A DNA stretch of 63,995 bases, filler included, from Malassezia furfur (taxonomy: Eukaryota), in the NCBI GenBank assembly GCA_052055015.1. It is 8 parts of 8 records of this genome, joined end to end, with 100 filler letters (N's around TTAATTAATTAA, not from the genome) between each part and the next. Parts side by side here need not be neighbours in the genome. Positions count along the whole stretch, not along the records: positions 41,922 to 50,134 come from JBQJIT010000467.1; positions 50,235 to 58,440 come from JBQJIT010000468.1; 6 more parts are not named here. One strand, written 5' to 3'. The notes beneath the pieces were generated by a model that did not search any database, was not told the origin of the DNA, and saw only the letters and a program-made list of their open reading frames with translations. Every line of letters begins with the position of its first letter. Positions within the stretch are counted from its first letter, which is position 1. Positions 46,842-56,885 of the stretch are shown piece by piece. The position numbers and the translations under genes were made by a program.

Positions 46842-47909
46842 ATGGCGCACGACCCGCCGAGGACGCGAAGCCGCGCGAACACGTCGCGGGCCCTCGCCGT
46901 GTCCTTCGACGCGGGACAGGCGCGCGCGCGTGCAGCAGACACGCGCGCGTCTTTCCAGGACGTCGTGCGCCAGACTGGGTGGCTCTTGCGCCAACGCACC
47001 CAGATGATCCGCCAGGGCCGCGCAGGCCGCGAATGCATGCCCGTCTTATACCCGCTCGCACACGCGTGCAAGCAGTACTTAACCCATACTGAGGCATTGC
47101 GTGACCAGCTCGTAGGTCGTCCGACTCACCCCCAGCTTTGTGCACAGGTGCTCCTCGAACATGCCTTGGAAAAGACGCACGGCTCCGCTGCGCCGGTCGC
47201 CGAGGACCTCGAGCCCGCCCCGATCACCGCCGACTCGTCGCTCTCGCAGCTTGATCCGGAGCTCTACCGCGTCATTTCCTCGATGCCGCTCGACTGGAGC
47301 GGCGAGCAGGGCGCCGCCAACGCGGCGCTGCCGGCAGTGCCCGACATGGGCGCACTGGCGGCGGTGACGGCCGCTGCACCGGCGCCTGCGACCATCGCCG
47401 TACCTGCACAGGTACCTGGCGCAGATGCGAGCTCGGCGATTGCGATCGACAGCGACGACGACGAGCCGACCGCGACTTCGGCGCCGGCGCGGAGAGAAGG
47501 CGAGGCGCTCAGCAATGGGCAGCCGACCAAGAAGCGCAAGGTGGATGCCGCAGGGCCGGCGCAGGATCAGGCCGCCGACTTTATGTCCATCTTCCTCTCG
47601 AACCAACTTGGCGGTGCCGAGGCATCGAAAAAGGACGCCGCGGCCGCCGCCAGTGCTGCCCCGGCCGCACAGGCTGCATCAAGCAGCACCGCCGCTCCGG
47701 GCCTCGACTCGCTGATGGGCGAGCAGATGTCCGGCATGTCCGACCTCAATTGGCTCGATTTCGGCGCGCTCGGTGGCCAAGATGGCGGCGAGGGTGGCCA
47801 GTTTTCGAGCCTGTTTGGCGGCGCGTCGAGCACGGACCTCGATGGCCTCTCGTCGCTCGACTTTTCCACACCGCTGCCATCGCTGGATGCGGAGAAAAAG
47901 AATGGCTAG
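46842..47909 (+). CDS. Uncharacterised nuclear protein, possibly a Mediator tail (Med2/Med29-like) subunit; probable in-frame intron 47112-47135
   Basis: Helical N-terminus, NLS PTKKRKV, acidic/hydrophobic tail (DLNWLDF, LDFS). Confidence 0.55.
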   Translation: MAHDPPRTRSRANTSRALAVSFDAGQARARAADTRASFQDVVRQTGWLLRQRTQMIRQGRAGRECMPVLYPLAHACKQYLTHTEALRDQLVGRPTHPQLCAQVLLEHALEKTHGSAAPVAEDLEPAPITADSSLSQLDPELYRVISSMPLDWSGEQGAANAALPAVPDMGALAAVTAAAPAPATIAVPAQVPGADASSAIAIDSDDDEPTATSAPARREGEALSNGQPTKKRKVDAAGPAQDQAADFMSIFLSNQLGGAEASKKDAAAAASAAPAAQAASSSTAAPGLDSLMGEQMSGMSDLNWLDFGALGGQDGGEGGQFSSLFGGASSTDLDGLSSLDFSTPLPSLDAEKKNG

Positions 47910-50027
47910 CTAGGTACTACACAGGAGTGCCAGCAGATCGCGCTGCATGTACCGCAGCAGCGCCGCACTAGGGCTCGGTGTGCCCGACACGAGGGCGCCG
48001 CGGCGCCCTTCGCGCGGTGTGCCCTGGGTGCTGCGGAGGATCGCGGCGCAGGCGGGTGCGTCAGGGCTCAGGAGCGTAGCAAGGTCGAGCTGCTGGATAA
48101 TCCGCATGATCGTCTGCTCGCTGGGTGCGCGGCTCGTCGAGCCGCGCAGGAAGAAGTAGGACGCCGCAGTGCTCTGCGTGCGCCACGTGGCGATTTGGCC
48201 CTCGATCGCGGCGAGCAGATCGTGCAACAGGGTCCAGTGCATCTGCGCGAGCTGCGCGCCGCCGCGCGCAGACTTCTTTGTGGGGAGCAGCGCCGCAACG
48301 CGCTGCAGTGCTTCCGCGTTGCGCGCCAGCTCGTACACGAGCAGGTGCGTTTCAGCGGGGGTCTGCAAAAACTTGTCCGAGTACACCAGAAGAATCGCGA
48401 GCGTCTCGAGCAGGCTCGGCGCGAGGAGGTGCACGTCGCCCGCCGGGAGCTCGTCGTGGCGTTGTGCAAGGAAGGTGGCCACGCCGAGCATCGCGCGCCA
48501 GAGCTCGAGCCAGTCGTACTCCAACAAGATGTTTTGCTGGGCACACGCGACGGCCGTGCGGTGCACGGCGGTGAACGCGGTGACGAACGCGGGCGCGTCG
48601 GGGTGCTTGCTGCGGTTGTACTTGAAAAAGATCGCTGCGCTGTCCAGGACAAGGACAATGATGCGCCGCCGCCGCTTGGTGCCGTCCTGCGGCGGGACCG
48701 GCAGCGGATTCGCTTTTTGGCGGCACAGGTCCACGCGGTCGACGAGCACGCCAGGGTCGGCCTTGCCGCGCTCGACGGCATCCTCGTTGCGCTGCACCTC
48801 GTCGCACAGGAGGCGCTCGCGCACCGCACTGTTCTCGGTGCCATCCGTAGACCCGAGGAATGCGACAATGATTTGCAGCACCGTCTGGGCGTACGTGGCG
48901 GCACGTGCGCTGCTCGACGCGTGCGTAAGGACGTAGGAAGCGAGCGAGAAGAAGGTCACCACGAGTGGCTCGCCGCTTGTTGGTGCCAACATGCTGAGCG
49001 CAAACGTGTCCGATGTGTGCACCAGCAGCCACACGCACAACAGAAAGAGGGCACGCGGCGGCGGCAGTGACGCCAGCGACGGTGCGTCGTGCGCCTTTTC
49101 GCCAGACCAGAGGCCGAGCGACCACGAGGAGGCGGATGCGAGCTCGGGCGCCGTGTGGTACGCTTGGAGCGTGCGCGCAAACTGCACCGAGAGCGCGTGG
49201 GCGATGCGCGCCATGTCGACCGAGTCGGCATAGTCGCGCAGCTTCCGCTGGTATGGCTGGAATCCCGCGTTGCTGACGACCGCCGAGGAGATCGGGTCGA
49301 GCGCGAGGCCCGCGGCGTCCGCGACGCCGTGCGCCTGGCCTGCCGTGGACAGCATGCTGAGGAAGAGCGCGGCCTCGGAAATCACATCCACCGACGTGTT
49401 GGTGTGCACGACGTGCATCGCGCTCTCAAACATGTCGCGGTGCAGAAAGTAAGTTGCGAGCGAGGTATTGCCCATGTATGCGATGCACACCAGTGCCAGC
49501 TGTACCGTCTCGCGCTGGATCTGCGGCGCGGAAAGCATCGCGTCATGCAGCGCGTTGACCAGGGCGAAAAACATCTCGTCAGCCTCTGACATGCGCCCCG
49601 CAAGCACTGTGATCACGTCCAACGTGTAGTTTGCGTAGGGCTTGGGCAACAGCGCGCACGCTAGAGCGAGTAGGGTTTCGGCGGCGTGTTTTCGGCGCAG
49701 CGCGTCGTCGACATCCTCGGCGAGTGTGCGCAGCGACTCGCGCCAAAGCCCCGTGATGTTCTCGCGCGCCTGCGACATGCGCTCGCTCAGCAAGTCCGCC
49801 GGGGTGAGCGGCTCAAACAGTTCCAGCACCACGCCGCGCTCGACGGGTAGGCACAGCAGGTCCATGTAGAATTCCGACCGCGGCGCGGCGTTGGCCTTAC
49901 CGAGCGCCTTGGCGCTCCCTGGCTGCCCCGCGCCCATGCCGCCGTTGGGCATGCCCGCGGCGTCCCATGGGCGCTCGCCCGCGAGCAGGCGCTCATAGCA
50001 CGCGCGGAATTTCGTCTTGGGCCGCAT
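47910..50027 (-). CDS. Armadillo-like helical domain protein 3 (ARMH3/DUF1741-like)
   Basis: KF...YE.L N-terminus, LEYDWLELWRAML, D.FL..P.E...LVYEL. Confidence 0.75.
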   Translation of the reverse strand: MRPKTKFRACYERLLAGERPWDAAGMPNGGMGAGQPGSAKALGKANAAPRSEFYMDLLCLPVERGVVLELFEPLTPADLLSERMSQARENITGLWRESLRTLAEDVDDALRRKHAAETLLALACALLPKPYANYTLDVITVLAGRMSEADEMFFALVNALHDAMLSAPQIQRETVQLALVCIAYMGNTSLATYFLHRDMFESAMHVVHTNTSVDVISEAALFLSMLSTAGQAHGVADAAGLALDPISSAVVSNAGFQPYQRKLRDYADSVDMARIAHALSVQFARTLQAYHTAPELASASSWSLGLWSGEKAHDAPSLASLPPPRALFLLCVWLLVHTSDTFALSMLAPTSGEPLVVTFFSLASYVLTHASSSARAATYAQTVLQIIVAFLGSTDGTENSAVRERLLCDEVQRNEDAVERGKADPGVLVDRVDLCRQKANPLPVPPQDGTKRRRRIIVLVLDSAAIFFKYNRSKHPDAPAFVTAFTAVHRTAVACAQQNILLEYDWLELWRAMLGVATFLAQRHDELPAGDVHLLAPSLLETLAILLVYSDKFLQTPAETHLLVYELARNAEALQRVAALLPTKKSARGGAQLAQMHWTLLHDLLAAIEGQIATWRTQSTAASYFFLRGSTSRAPSEQTIMRIIQQLDLATLLSPDAPACAAILRSTQGTPREGRRGALVSGTPSPSAALLRYMQRDLLALLCST

Positions 50028-50134
50028 GCACACACTGTCCAGGCCAACAACTGTAAAATCGGTGCGTTTCTGCCGAATTGGTGCAGCTGCATGCCCGCAA
50101 TCCGCTGCGCACGCCGCTCGACGTGTCGGACCTT

Positions 50135-50234
50135 NNNNNNNNNNNNNNNNNNNNNNNNNNNNNNNNNNNNNNNNNNNNTTAATTAATTAANNNNNNNNNN
50201 NNNNNNNNNNNNNNNNNNNNNNNNNNNNNNNNNN
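50135..50234. other. Artificial contig spacer
   Basis: N44-TTAATTAATTAA-N44. Confidence 0.99.
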
Positions 50235-50389
50235 CGCACATCATCCCGAGCGACCGCGAGGCAGGCCTCGCGTACATCGCTGATACCTCGCTCGTCGACT
50301 CGCCCGTGCGCCTGCCGTTGCAGCGCCGCGAAAACGGCGTGCAGCCCATAGCGTCGGCGCCTGTGCCCCCGCGGAAGCGGTCTACCTAG
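50235..50389 (+). CDS. 3' end of an unidentified gene
   Basis: Open frame HIIPSDREAGLAYIAD...PPRKRST*, ending directly against the ADE1 stop. Confidence 0.5.
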
Positions 50390-51346
50390 CTACGCAAACG
50401 GATGCCCCGTGATCCGCTGGAACGCCTCGCGGTACTTCTCGCCGGTCTTGTCGACGATGTCGTCGGGCAGCGTCACGGGCGTGCCCGACTTGGCCGCCGT
50501 GTCGAGGCCCTCGCGCTTCATCCAGTCGCGGATGTACTGCTTGTCAAAGCTGCCCTGGCTCTGCCCGGGCTTGTAGTCCTCCGCGGACCAGAAGCGCGAC
50601 GAGTCGGGCGTGAGCACCTCGTCCACGAGGATCATCTCGCCGCTGTAGCCTTCGCCGTCGGCCGGCACGAGCCCAAACTCAAACTTGGTGTCGGCAAGGA
50701 TGATGCCGTGCTCGCGCGCGTGCTCGGCGGCCTTGGTGTACAGCGCACACGCAGCGTCCGCCAGATTCTTGGCCAGCTCCGCACCCAGCATGTCCGTCAC
50801 CTTGTCGGGGTGGATGTTTTCGTCGTGCGCGCCCTGCTCGGCCTTGGTGCTGGGCGTAAAGAGGGGGCCGTTGGGGATCTCCTGGCTCTCGACCAGGCCC
50901 TCGGGCAGCTTGATCCCATGCACCGTGCCCGACTTCTTGTATTCGGCCCATCCACTGCCGGTGATGTAGCCACGCACGATCGCCTCGATGGGGATCACAC
51001 GCGCACGACGCACCAGCATCGAGCGGCCCTCGACCTGGTCACGCACATCGGCGAGGCGCGTACGCAGCGACTCGGGGAAGTCGTCCCAGCGCGTCGCAAG
51101 GACATGCGTCGGGATGATGCCAGGCGCAATCTTGTCGAACCAGAACGTCGACATGCCGGTCAGGATGCGGCCCTTGTCAGGGATGCCGTTCTGCAGGATC
51201 ACATCGAATGCAGAGATGCGATCGGTCGCAACAAACAGCAGGGCGCCATCAAACTCGCCCTCTGTCAGCTGCGAGTCGTACACGTCGCGCACTTTGCCGC
51301 GCGCGACCATCGGGAGCGGCAGGTGCGTGTCCGTAAGCGGTGCCAT
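50390..51346 (-). CDS. ADE1: SAICAR synthetase
   Basis: GKVRDVY, TDRISAFD, TPSTKA, ADTKFEFG, DEVLTPDSSRFW. Confidence 0.97.
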   Translation of the reverse strand: MAPLTDTHLPLPMVARGKVRDVYDSQLTEGEFDGALLFVATDRISAFDVILQNGIPDKGRILTGMSTFWFDKIAPGIIPTHVLATRWDDFPESLRTRLADVRDQVEGRSMLVRRARVIPIEAIVRGYITGSGWAEYKKSGTVHGIKLPEGLVESQEIPNGPLFTPSTKAEQGAHDENIHPDKVTDMLGAELAKNLADAACALYTKAAEHAREHGIILADTKFEFGLVPADGEGYSGEMILVDEVLTPDSSRFWSAEDYKPGQSQGSFDKQYIRDWMKREGLDTAAKSGTPVTLPDDIVDKTGEKYREAFQRITGHPFA

Positions 51347-51572
51347 GGTGCGGTGTCTAGAGCGAAGCCGCGCCTCCACATCCCCCCGCACGCCGTGCGC
51401 ACGAGGGCCTACTCTACCAAGCGAGCGCCGGCCGGCCCAGGACGCCCACCAGAAACCCCACCACCTCAGATACCGCACCGCACTGAGCGCCGCGTCGCAC
51501 ATGGCCAAAACGCAAGCGGTGTCTATGTAGCTACAGCAGGCACCCACCCCCACCGTCGCCGACGTCGCCCAC

Positions 51573-52328
51573 CTAGTACTTGGCCTTGTTAATGCGCTCC
51601 TCCAAGAACTTTTGCCAGTCCTCCTTGGAGAAGGACGAAGAAATCGACGGCTCTACCACGCCGTTCCACACTGCGTCAGTCGTCGTTGTACGTACGCGCC
51701 GTCGGCGTCACATGGATCCCATTCTGGCGGCCAATCTTGGTCACGTACTTGAGGTCCGGCACAATCTTGGAGCCGGTGTTGCCCTCGTCCGACACACGCG
51801 TCCAGGAGCGCACCGCCTGGCCAAGTGGTTGGCCATCGAGCTCGACAATGGGCGTCTTCTTCGCCTTGCGCACGTCCTCACCGAGCACATTCACCACCAG
51901 CGTCGCGAGCTCGGCGCGGATCTGGTCCGGGTTCTTGGATCGGGCAGGCGCATCGTACCACCGCTCGCTCTCCTTCATGAGCGCCTGCGAGAACACCCAG
52001 AATGCGTTGCGCTCAGGGTCCTGCAGTGCAAGTTGGTCGTGCAGCGAGATGCGCGCCACGGCCAGCGCCGTCTCATGCAGCAGCGGCGAGGACGCATGCC
52101 ACGTCTGCGGGTATGGGCGTACAACCACACGCAGCTGGTCCTTAAACGGCGCCTGCTCGCCAAAGAGCAGCGGCACGACGTTGGTGTGGAAATTGGTCAA
52201 CATCTTCGCCGAGAATGGGCCTGGGGTCAGCAGAACCACATACACAGGTAGTCCACATAGAGTTCAAGGACGTGTGAGGCCGAGACGGAGCCAATCGCGA
52301 GCGCCTGCAGTTCCTTCGGCAGCGCCAT
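51573..52328 (-). CDS. Thioredoxin/DsbA-like fold protein (introns 52221-52243, 51671-51695)
   Basis: Spliced ELYVDYLCPFSAK (one Cys), QTWH, RQNGIHVTPTALWNG. Confidence 0.8.
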
Positions 52329-52407
52329 GGTGAATACGAATACGGGGAAGCGGCCCGTGCCTGGTCCCACGTGGCCTGGTGCACTCCACCATCACAAATT
52401 TTGGGTC

Positions 52408-53937
52408 ATGCGCGTGCCGCGAAGAACGCCGTTTTACGCGCCGGCGAGCGAAGAGCTCGCGTACGTGCACGACCTGTTCTACGCAGACCCAAGCAATACC
52501 GAATCGGTCCAGACCGCATTGCAGATCGTGCGGCTCTGGATGAACCGCGCCACGTGCCCACAGGCCATCGAGGTTACGGCGCTGCTGGCGCAGGCGCAAC
52601 TGCTGGACCTCGCCCTCGGCGCACACGAAGCGAGTCGCGCGGCCTATGCGATGAGTATTGTGCGGTTCGTCAACTCGATCGTTGATGCCTTCCAAACCGG
52701 CTTGTACGCCCAGTCAATCGGTGCCATTGCCGAGCGCATTGGACTGCCGCAGTGGTTGGTTCAGGTGCGTCACTCGGCGACCCACGAAGAGCTGCCGAGT
52801 CTCGTCGTGTGTCGGGATGCATGTGCCATGTCACTGCAGTGGCTCGATGCACACTACTGGCAGCCTACACTACAGCCCGCGCCCGTCGAAGACCTCGACG
52901 AGGACGACGACGATACGGCCCGGCGCGACGCTGCCGCGGCGGCCGCCCAGCTGCTCCATACCTACCGGCTGCAGGCAATCGCGCTTGCACGCGACCGCAG
53001 CCTGGCGCTCCGTGGATCGCCGCCACTCGTCAAGACCATGGCTGAGTTGGAGCAGTGGGTACAAACGGAGACGGCGCGTCGTTTGGCGTCCGCATCCGAG
53101 CATGGACAGGCGCCCCTGCTTGCAGGAGGTGCGCCGCGCCCGGACGAGTACGAGGTGAACGACACTGCACTCTTGTGCACGGCATCGACACTCATGCTGC
53201 TTGCGACGCAGCTGCTCCTTCCGGGCGCGCTTATTCCTGCGTCCAAAGAACGCACCTTGGCGATGCGCACCGACGCGCCGTTCGAGGCGCTCGCCGAGGA
53301 GCACCTTGAGCTCTGGGACCCACTTATACGTGCACTGCATGCAGCATTCCCCATCTTTTTGCCAGTTCTGATCCAGGCGCTGGCACACATCGCCGCGGGC
53401 GGCGAAAAGGCCAAGGAGCAGTCGTATGCAGCAGTTGCCCGCGCGTGGCTCGCACACCTGAGCTTGGATGCCCCTTATGATACCATGCAAGCGACGCTCG
53501 ACGTGCCACGCTGGCGGCAGCCGCCCACGGCGACGCACATCCCAGCGGCGCCCGAAGACGCCGACGCTGTGCCGCTCTGGGAACCGACCCAAAGCACGGC
53601 GCCGCTGCGTCGGCTGGTCATTCAGTATGCACTGGAGACGCGCGCAGAGCCGGCATGGTCGCTAGCGCAACACCTTTCGGACGGAGAGCTGGCCGAGCGC
53701 GTCGAGGCGCTCATTGCACTGCACCGTGTGGACCCCAGCAAAGTCGACCCGCCCTCACTGGACGAGATGGAGATGCGCAGCCGTCTGCTCCGTGGCCTCG
53801 AGCCTCGTCCGGCGCCTGTCTTGACGGGCGACGCAGAGCCAGAGACGAGCGCTTTGGAGGGCTGGCGCCGTCCGGCCAACTGGCAGCCGACGCCGATTGG
53901 GTGCTTAGACGGCCAGCGCCCCCCGCTAACGATCTAG
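52408..53937 (+). CDS. LAS1: Las1 HEPN pre-rRNA endonuclease
   Basis: YAMSIVRFVN, IGLPQWLVQVRHSATHEELPSL (RxxxxH), WQPTPIG. Confidence 0.92.
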   Translation: MRVPRRTPFYAPASEELAYVHDLFYADPSNTESVQTALQIVRLWMNRATCPQAIEVTALLAQAQLLDLALGAHEASRAAYAMSIVRFVNSIVDAFQTGLYAQSIGAIAERIGLPQWLVQVRHSATHEELPSLVVCRDACAMSLQWLDAHYWQPTLQPAPVEDLDEDDDDTARRDAAAAAAQLLHTYRLQAIALARDRSLALRGSPPLVKTMAELEQWVQTETARRLASASEHGQAPLLAGGAPRPDEYEVNDTALLCTASTLMLLATQLLLPGALIPASKERTLAMRTDAPFEALAEEHLELWDPLIRALHAAFPIFLPVLIQALAHIAAGGEKAKEQSYAAVARAWLAHLSLDAPYDTMQATLDVPRWRQPPTATHIPAAPEDADAVPLWEPTQSTAPLRRLVIQYALETRAEPAWSLAQHLSDGELAERVEALIALHRVDPSKVDPPSLDEMEMRSRLLRGLEPRPAPVLTGDAEPETSALEGWRRPANWQPTPIGCLDGQRPPLTI

Positions 53938-53951
53938 CCTACGTGCTATAG

Positions 53952-55940
53952 TCATAATACCCGTATGGTCCATACCGAGCCGGGTGGCAGCTCGTCTGCC
54001 CCTGCGGCTGCGCCGAGACCCACCTGGAGCTTCTTCAGGGCGTCGGCGGCGCGGTGGTCGCCCGCGGCGCGCACAACAGCGACAAGGTCCTGACACAGGA
54101 TCTGTCGCCCCGAGTGGTATATTGCTCCATCACTCGATCGCACAAATAGCAACGGCAGACTAAGCTGCGACTGACTCGCAGTGTCGCTCTCGCCGCCCTG
54201 TTCGAGGATGCGCCGGAGTGGTGGCAGGTCCACGACCACTTCGGCCTCGTCGGGGCGCTCAGGAACAGGGGCCACAAGCGTGGTGAGGGGGCCGAGAGGC
54301 CCGAGCCATATCTCCTTCGTTGGCGCCTGGGTGCCCGGGCGGCCATCGTCGATTAGCTCGGTCATGTGTTGCACGCACATAGCGAGCTTATGGGTTTGTG
54401 TGTCATAAAAGGGCATACTCGTAACGATTGGGAACGGCGTCAGGACAAGGCCTGCGTCGGGCGGCGCATGGGGCACATCCAACAAGTCGGTGTCGATGAA
54501 CGAATAGGCAAAGTGTGAAATGCCTACCAGCGTCCAGCAAAAGGCGTCTTCTGCATCGTCCAGGACAACGCTGTCGGCCCACGCGGTGGCCTTGGATGCC
54601 GCGTAGGTCAGTGGTAGCACCTGCGCATCGCCGGTGAGCCCGGCGGGGCTGGTTCGGTCGAATGGCGACGAGGGGTCCGAAGGTATAGATGCCATGCCGG
54701 CACATAGATACATCCGCGGTGTATGTACGTCCATTTCCCATTCTCCTGCACCCTGGTGAGCGCTCGCGACATGGCGCAGCAGCGCAATTTTTTGCATCTG
54801 GCTCACGGCGCCGTACAGGTACGACTCGTCGGCTACAGTGCCGTCATCGAGCGTGATCCGCGTAGTGCCATAGGGCGGCAGAATGCGCCCGCGATCGACC
54901 TTACACACGACCAGAGGATCCGTCGTGACGCCCGAAGCCTCGTCCACCAGCACAATCGTCGACCCGTATGTGAGCACATCCGGGTCAATGTCGAGCGTCT
55001 GCGCCTCGGCGGGACGTGCGAGTGGCACCAGCCGGAACGCGGTCCATGCGCGACTCTGGGCTGAGAGTCGTGCACCATGTGCTGAGAGGTATTTGGTACG
55101 GTAAGTCTGTGAGTTGATCCGGTTGAACAGCGACACGGACGCATTGGACGTGATGTGGGCGGATGCATGCCGTGCTTTGGCCGACTTTTTGGACGGCTTT
55201 GAGATGATGCCAATGGGCGCTGACTCAAAGTTGGCCCATGCATGCTCGGGGGCCTCGGTGAGAAGCCGCGCGCGTTTTGCTTCGCGTGCAGCTGCGTCGT
55301 TTCGTGACGCAAGGTGCAGCTGGAGCCGGAAACTCTTGGCTTTGCCAGTTCCAGTGACATGCAGCTCATTGAAACGCGCCTGCCGCGTCTCGTCCAGAGG
55401 AATACGCTGCTCACCCGTTACGTGCTCGCCGTCCTCGCTGTGGATGTGCATAGAGAACACCGGCGAGGCATCTGAACAGTACCGCAGCGGCCCCGTCACT
55501 TCAACGGTGGGCGGCGGGCACAGAAATCGTTTCTCTGTACCGTATGACTTCTGTGCGACGGACGCATGCAGGCAACGAACGGTGGTGAGGGGGCCGTCGT
55601 GCCGTTGTGAGGTGGAGCGGAGCAGACGCCGAATCGCCTGCTGTACGTGAGTCCGCCGCTCGTCCTCGGACCACTTGTGCCACCTCTCGCGCACTACACT
55701 GGAATGCTCCGCTGTCGCAGACGAAGGAAGCTGGAGGTGCGCCTTGAGGCTCGCCATAAACGTTTCGAGGCTCGCGGCCGTGGTAGAATCGAGTTCGTCT
55801 CCATTCCGCTCTGATTCCGCACTGGCGAGCTGCTGCGCCTGCGCAATGAGGCGCGCTGTGAGCTCTTCCATGTGCCGCGGAACAGACGTGGACGGACTGG
55901 GTGGGGAGTCCAAGGGTGTGCCGTGGTTTAGCTCCTCCAT
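53952..55940 (-). CDS. CSL (CBF1/Su(H)/LAG-1) family transcription factor
   Basis: [53 protein letters not shown]. Confidence 0.92.
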   Translation of the reverse strand: MEELNHGTPLDSPPSPSTSVPRHMEELTARLIAQAQQLASAESERNGDELDSTTAASLETFMASLKAHLQLPSSATAEHSSVVRERWHKWSEDERRTHVQQAIRRLLRSTSQRHDGPLTTVRCLHASVAQKSYGTEKRFLCPPPTVEVTGPLRYCSDASPVFSMHIHSEDGEHVTGEQRIPLDETRQARFNELHVTGTGKAKSFRLQLHLASRNDAAAREAKRARLLTEAPEHAWANFESAPIGIISKPSKKSAKARHASAHITSNASVSLFNRINSQTYRTKYLSAHGARLSAQSRAWTAFRLVPLARPAEAQTLDIDPDVLTYGSTIVLVDEASGVTTDPLVVCKVDRGRILPPYGTTRITLDDGTVADESYLYGAVSQMQKIALLRHVASAHQGAGEWEMDVHTPRMYLCAGMASIPSDPSSPFDRTSPAGLTGDAQVLPLTYAASKATAWADSVVLDDAEDAFCWTLVGISHFAYSFIDTDLLDVPHAPPDAGLVLTPFPIVTSMPFYDTQTHKLAMCVQHMTELIDDGRPGTQAPTKEIWLGPLGPLTTLVAPVPERPDEAEVVVDLPPLRRILEQGGESDTASQSQLSLPLLFVRSSDGAIYHSGRQILCQDLVAVVRAAGDHRAADALKKLQVGLGAAAGADELPPGSVWTIRVL

Positions 55941-56000
55941 CCAGACCGCATCGCGCCGGTCGTAGGGACCAAATTCGCAACCTCCACCCGTTCGTCCGCG

Positions 56001-56688
56001 ATGACGCAGGATCCCAGGGCTGCCGCCGGCGCGGCCGTTGGCGCGGAGCTGGACAAGCGTGGCGTGATGTTCTGCGTGGTGTGCGCCAGCAACCAGAACC
56101 GCTCCATGTTTGGGCACAACGCATTGCTGTACGTGGCGCGGCGTATGCGTTTCTCACACAGAAAAGCCGGCATGCAGGTGTGCTCTGCCGGTACAGGCTC
56201 CGCAGTGCGGCTGCCAGGCCCTGCAATCGACAAGCCCAACATCTATACATTCGGTACACCGTATGACTACATGTACCAGGACCTGATGAAAAAAGACCCG
56301 CGGCTGTACGAGGCGAATGGGCTGCTGTCGATGCTCGACCGGAACCGGCGCATCAAGACGGCGCCGGAACGCTGGCACGACTCGCGGCGGGTCGCCGACA
56401 TTGTTATTACGTGCGAGGAGCGGTGCTTTGACAGCGTGTGCGAGGATCTGCTGAGCCGGCGCTCGGAGCTCAACCGCGCGGTGCACGTCATCAATGTCGA
56501 AATCAAAGACAATCACGAAGAAGCCGACATTGCGTCGCGCGCCATTCTCGCGTTAGCCCGAAAGGTAAGTGGCATGCTCACACCAGATTGAGGCTGCTCA
56601 GGACATTGACGAAGAGATTGACGGGATTCTCGAGGAGCAGCAGCAGTCCTTCCCTTACCCTCTATTGCACACCGTAGCATATTACTAG
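56001..56688 (+). CDS. SSU72: RNA polymerase II CTD phosphatase (introns 56129-56161, 56565-56586)
   Basis: [36 protein letters not shown]. Confidence 0.95.
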
Positions 56689-56885
56689 TGTGTGGGTATT
56701 CTAGCAGGGTTACGCGCAATATGAAACGTCAGCAACGAGTGGTCTCCTAGCTCTGTTCGTCGATAGAGCCCCGCGAACTTGCCGCTGCACCAGGCGGCCA
56801 AAGCGCGCAGCGTGGCGTTTGCCCTCCACCCACGTTGGCCACCATCCAAAAGTTTGCGCTTCGGCAGTGGACTGCAGCGACGCGA

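Noticed and set aside
52326..52329. Overlapping divergent start codons (CATG) for the Trx-like gene and LAS1
   Set aside because: Las1-like sequence begins at MRVPRR (52408), and a promoter-type CACGTG lies between, so the upstream ATG is probably not used
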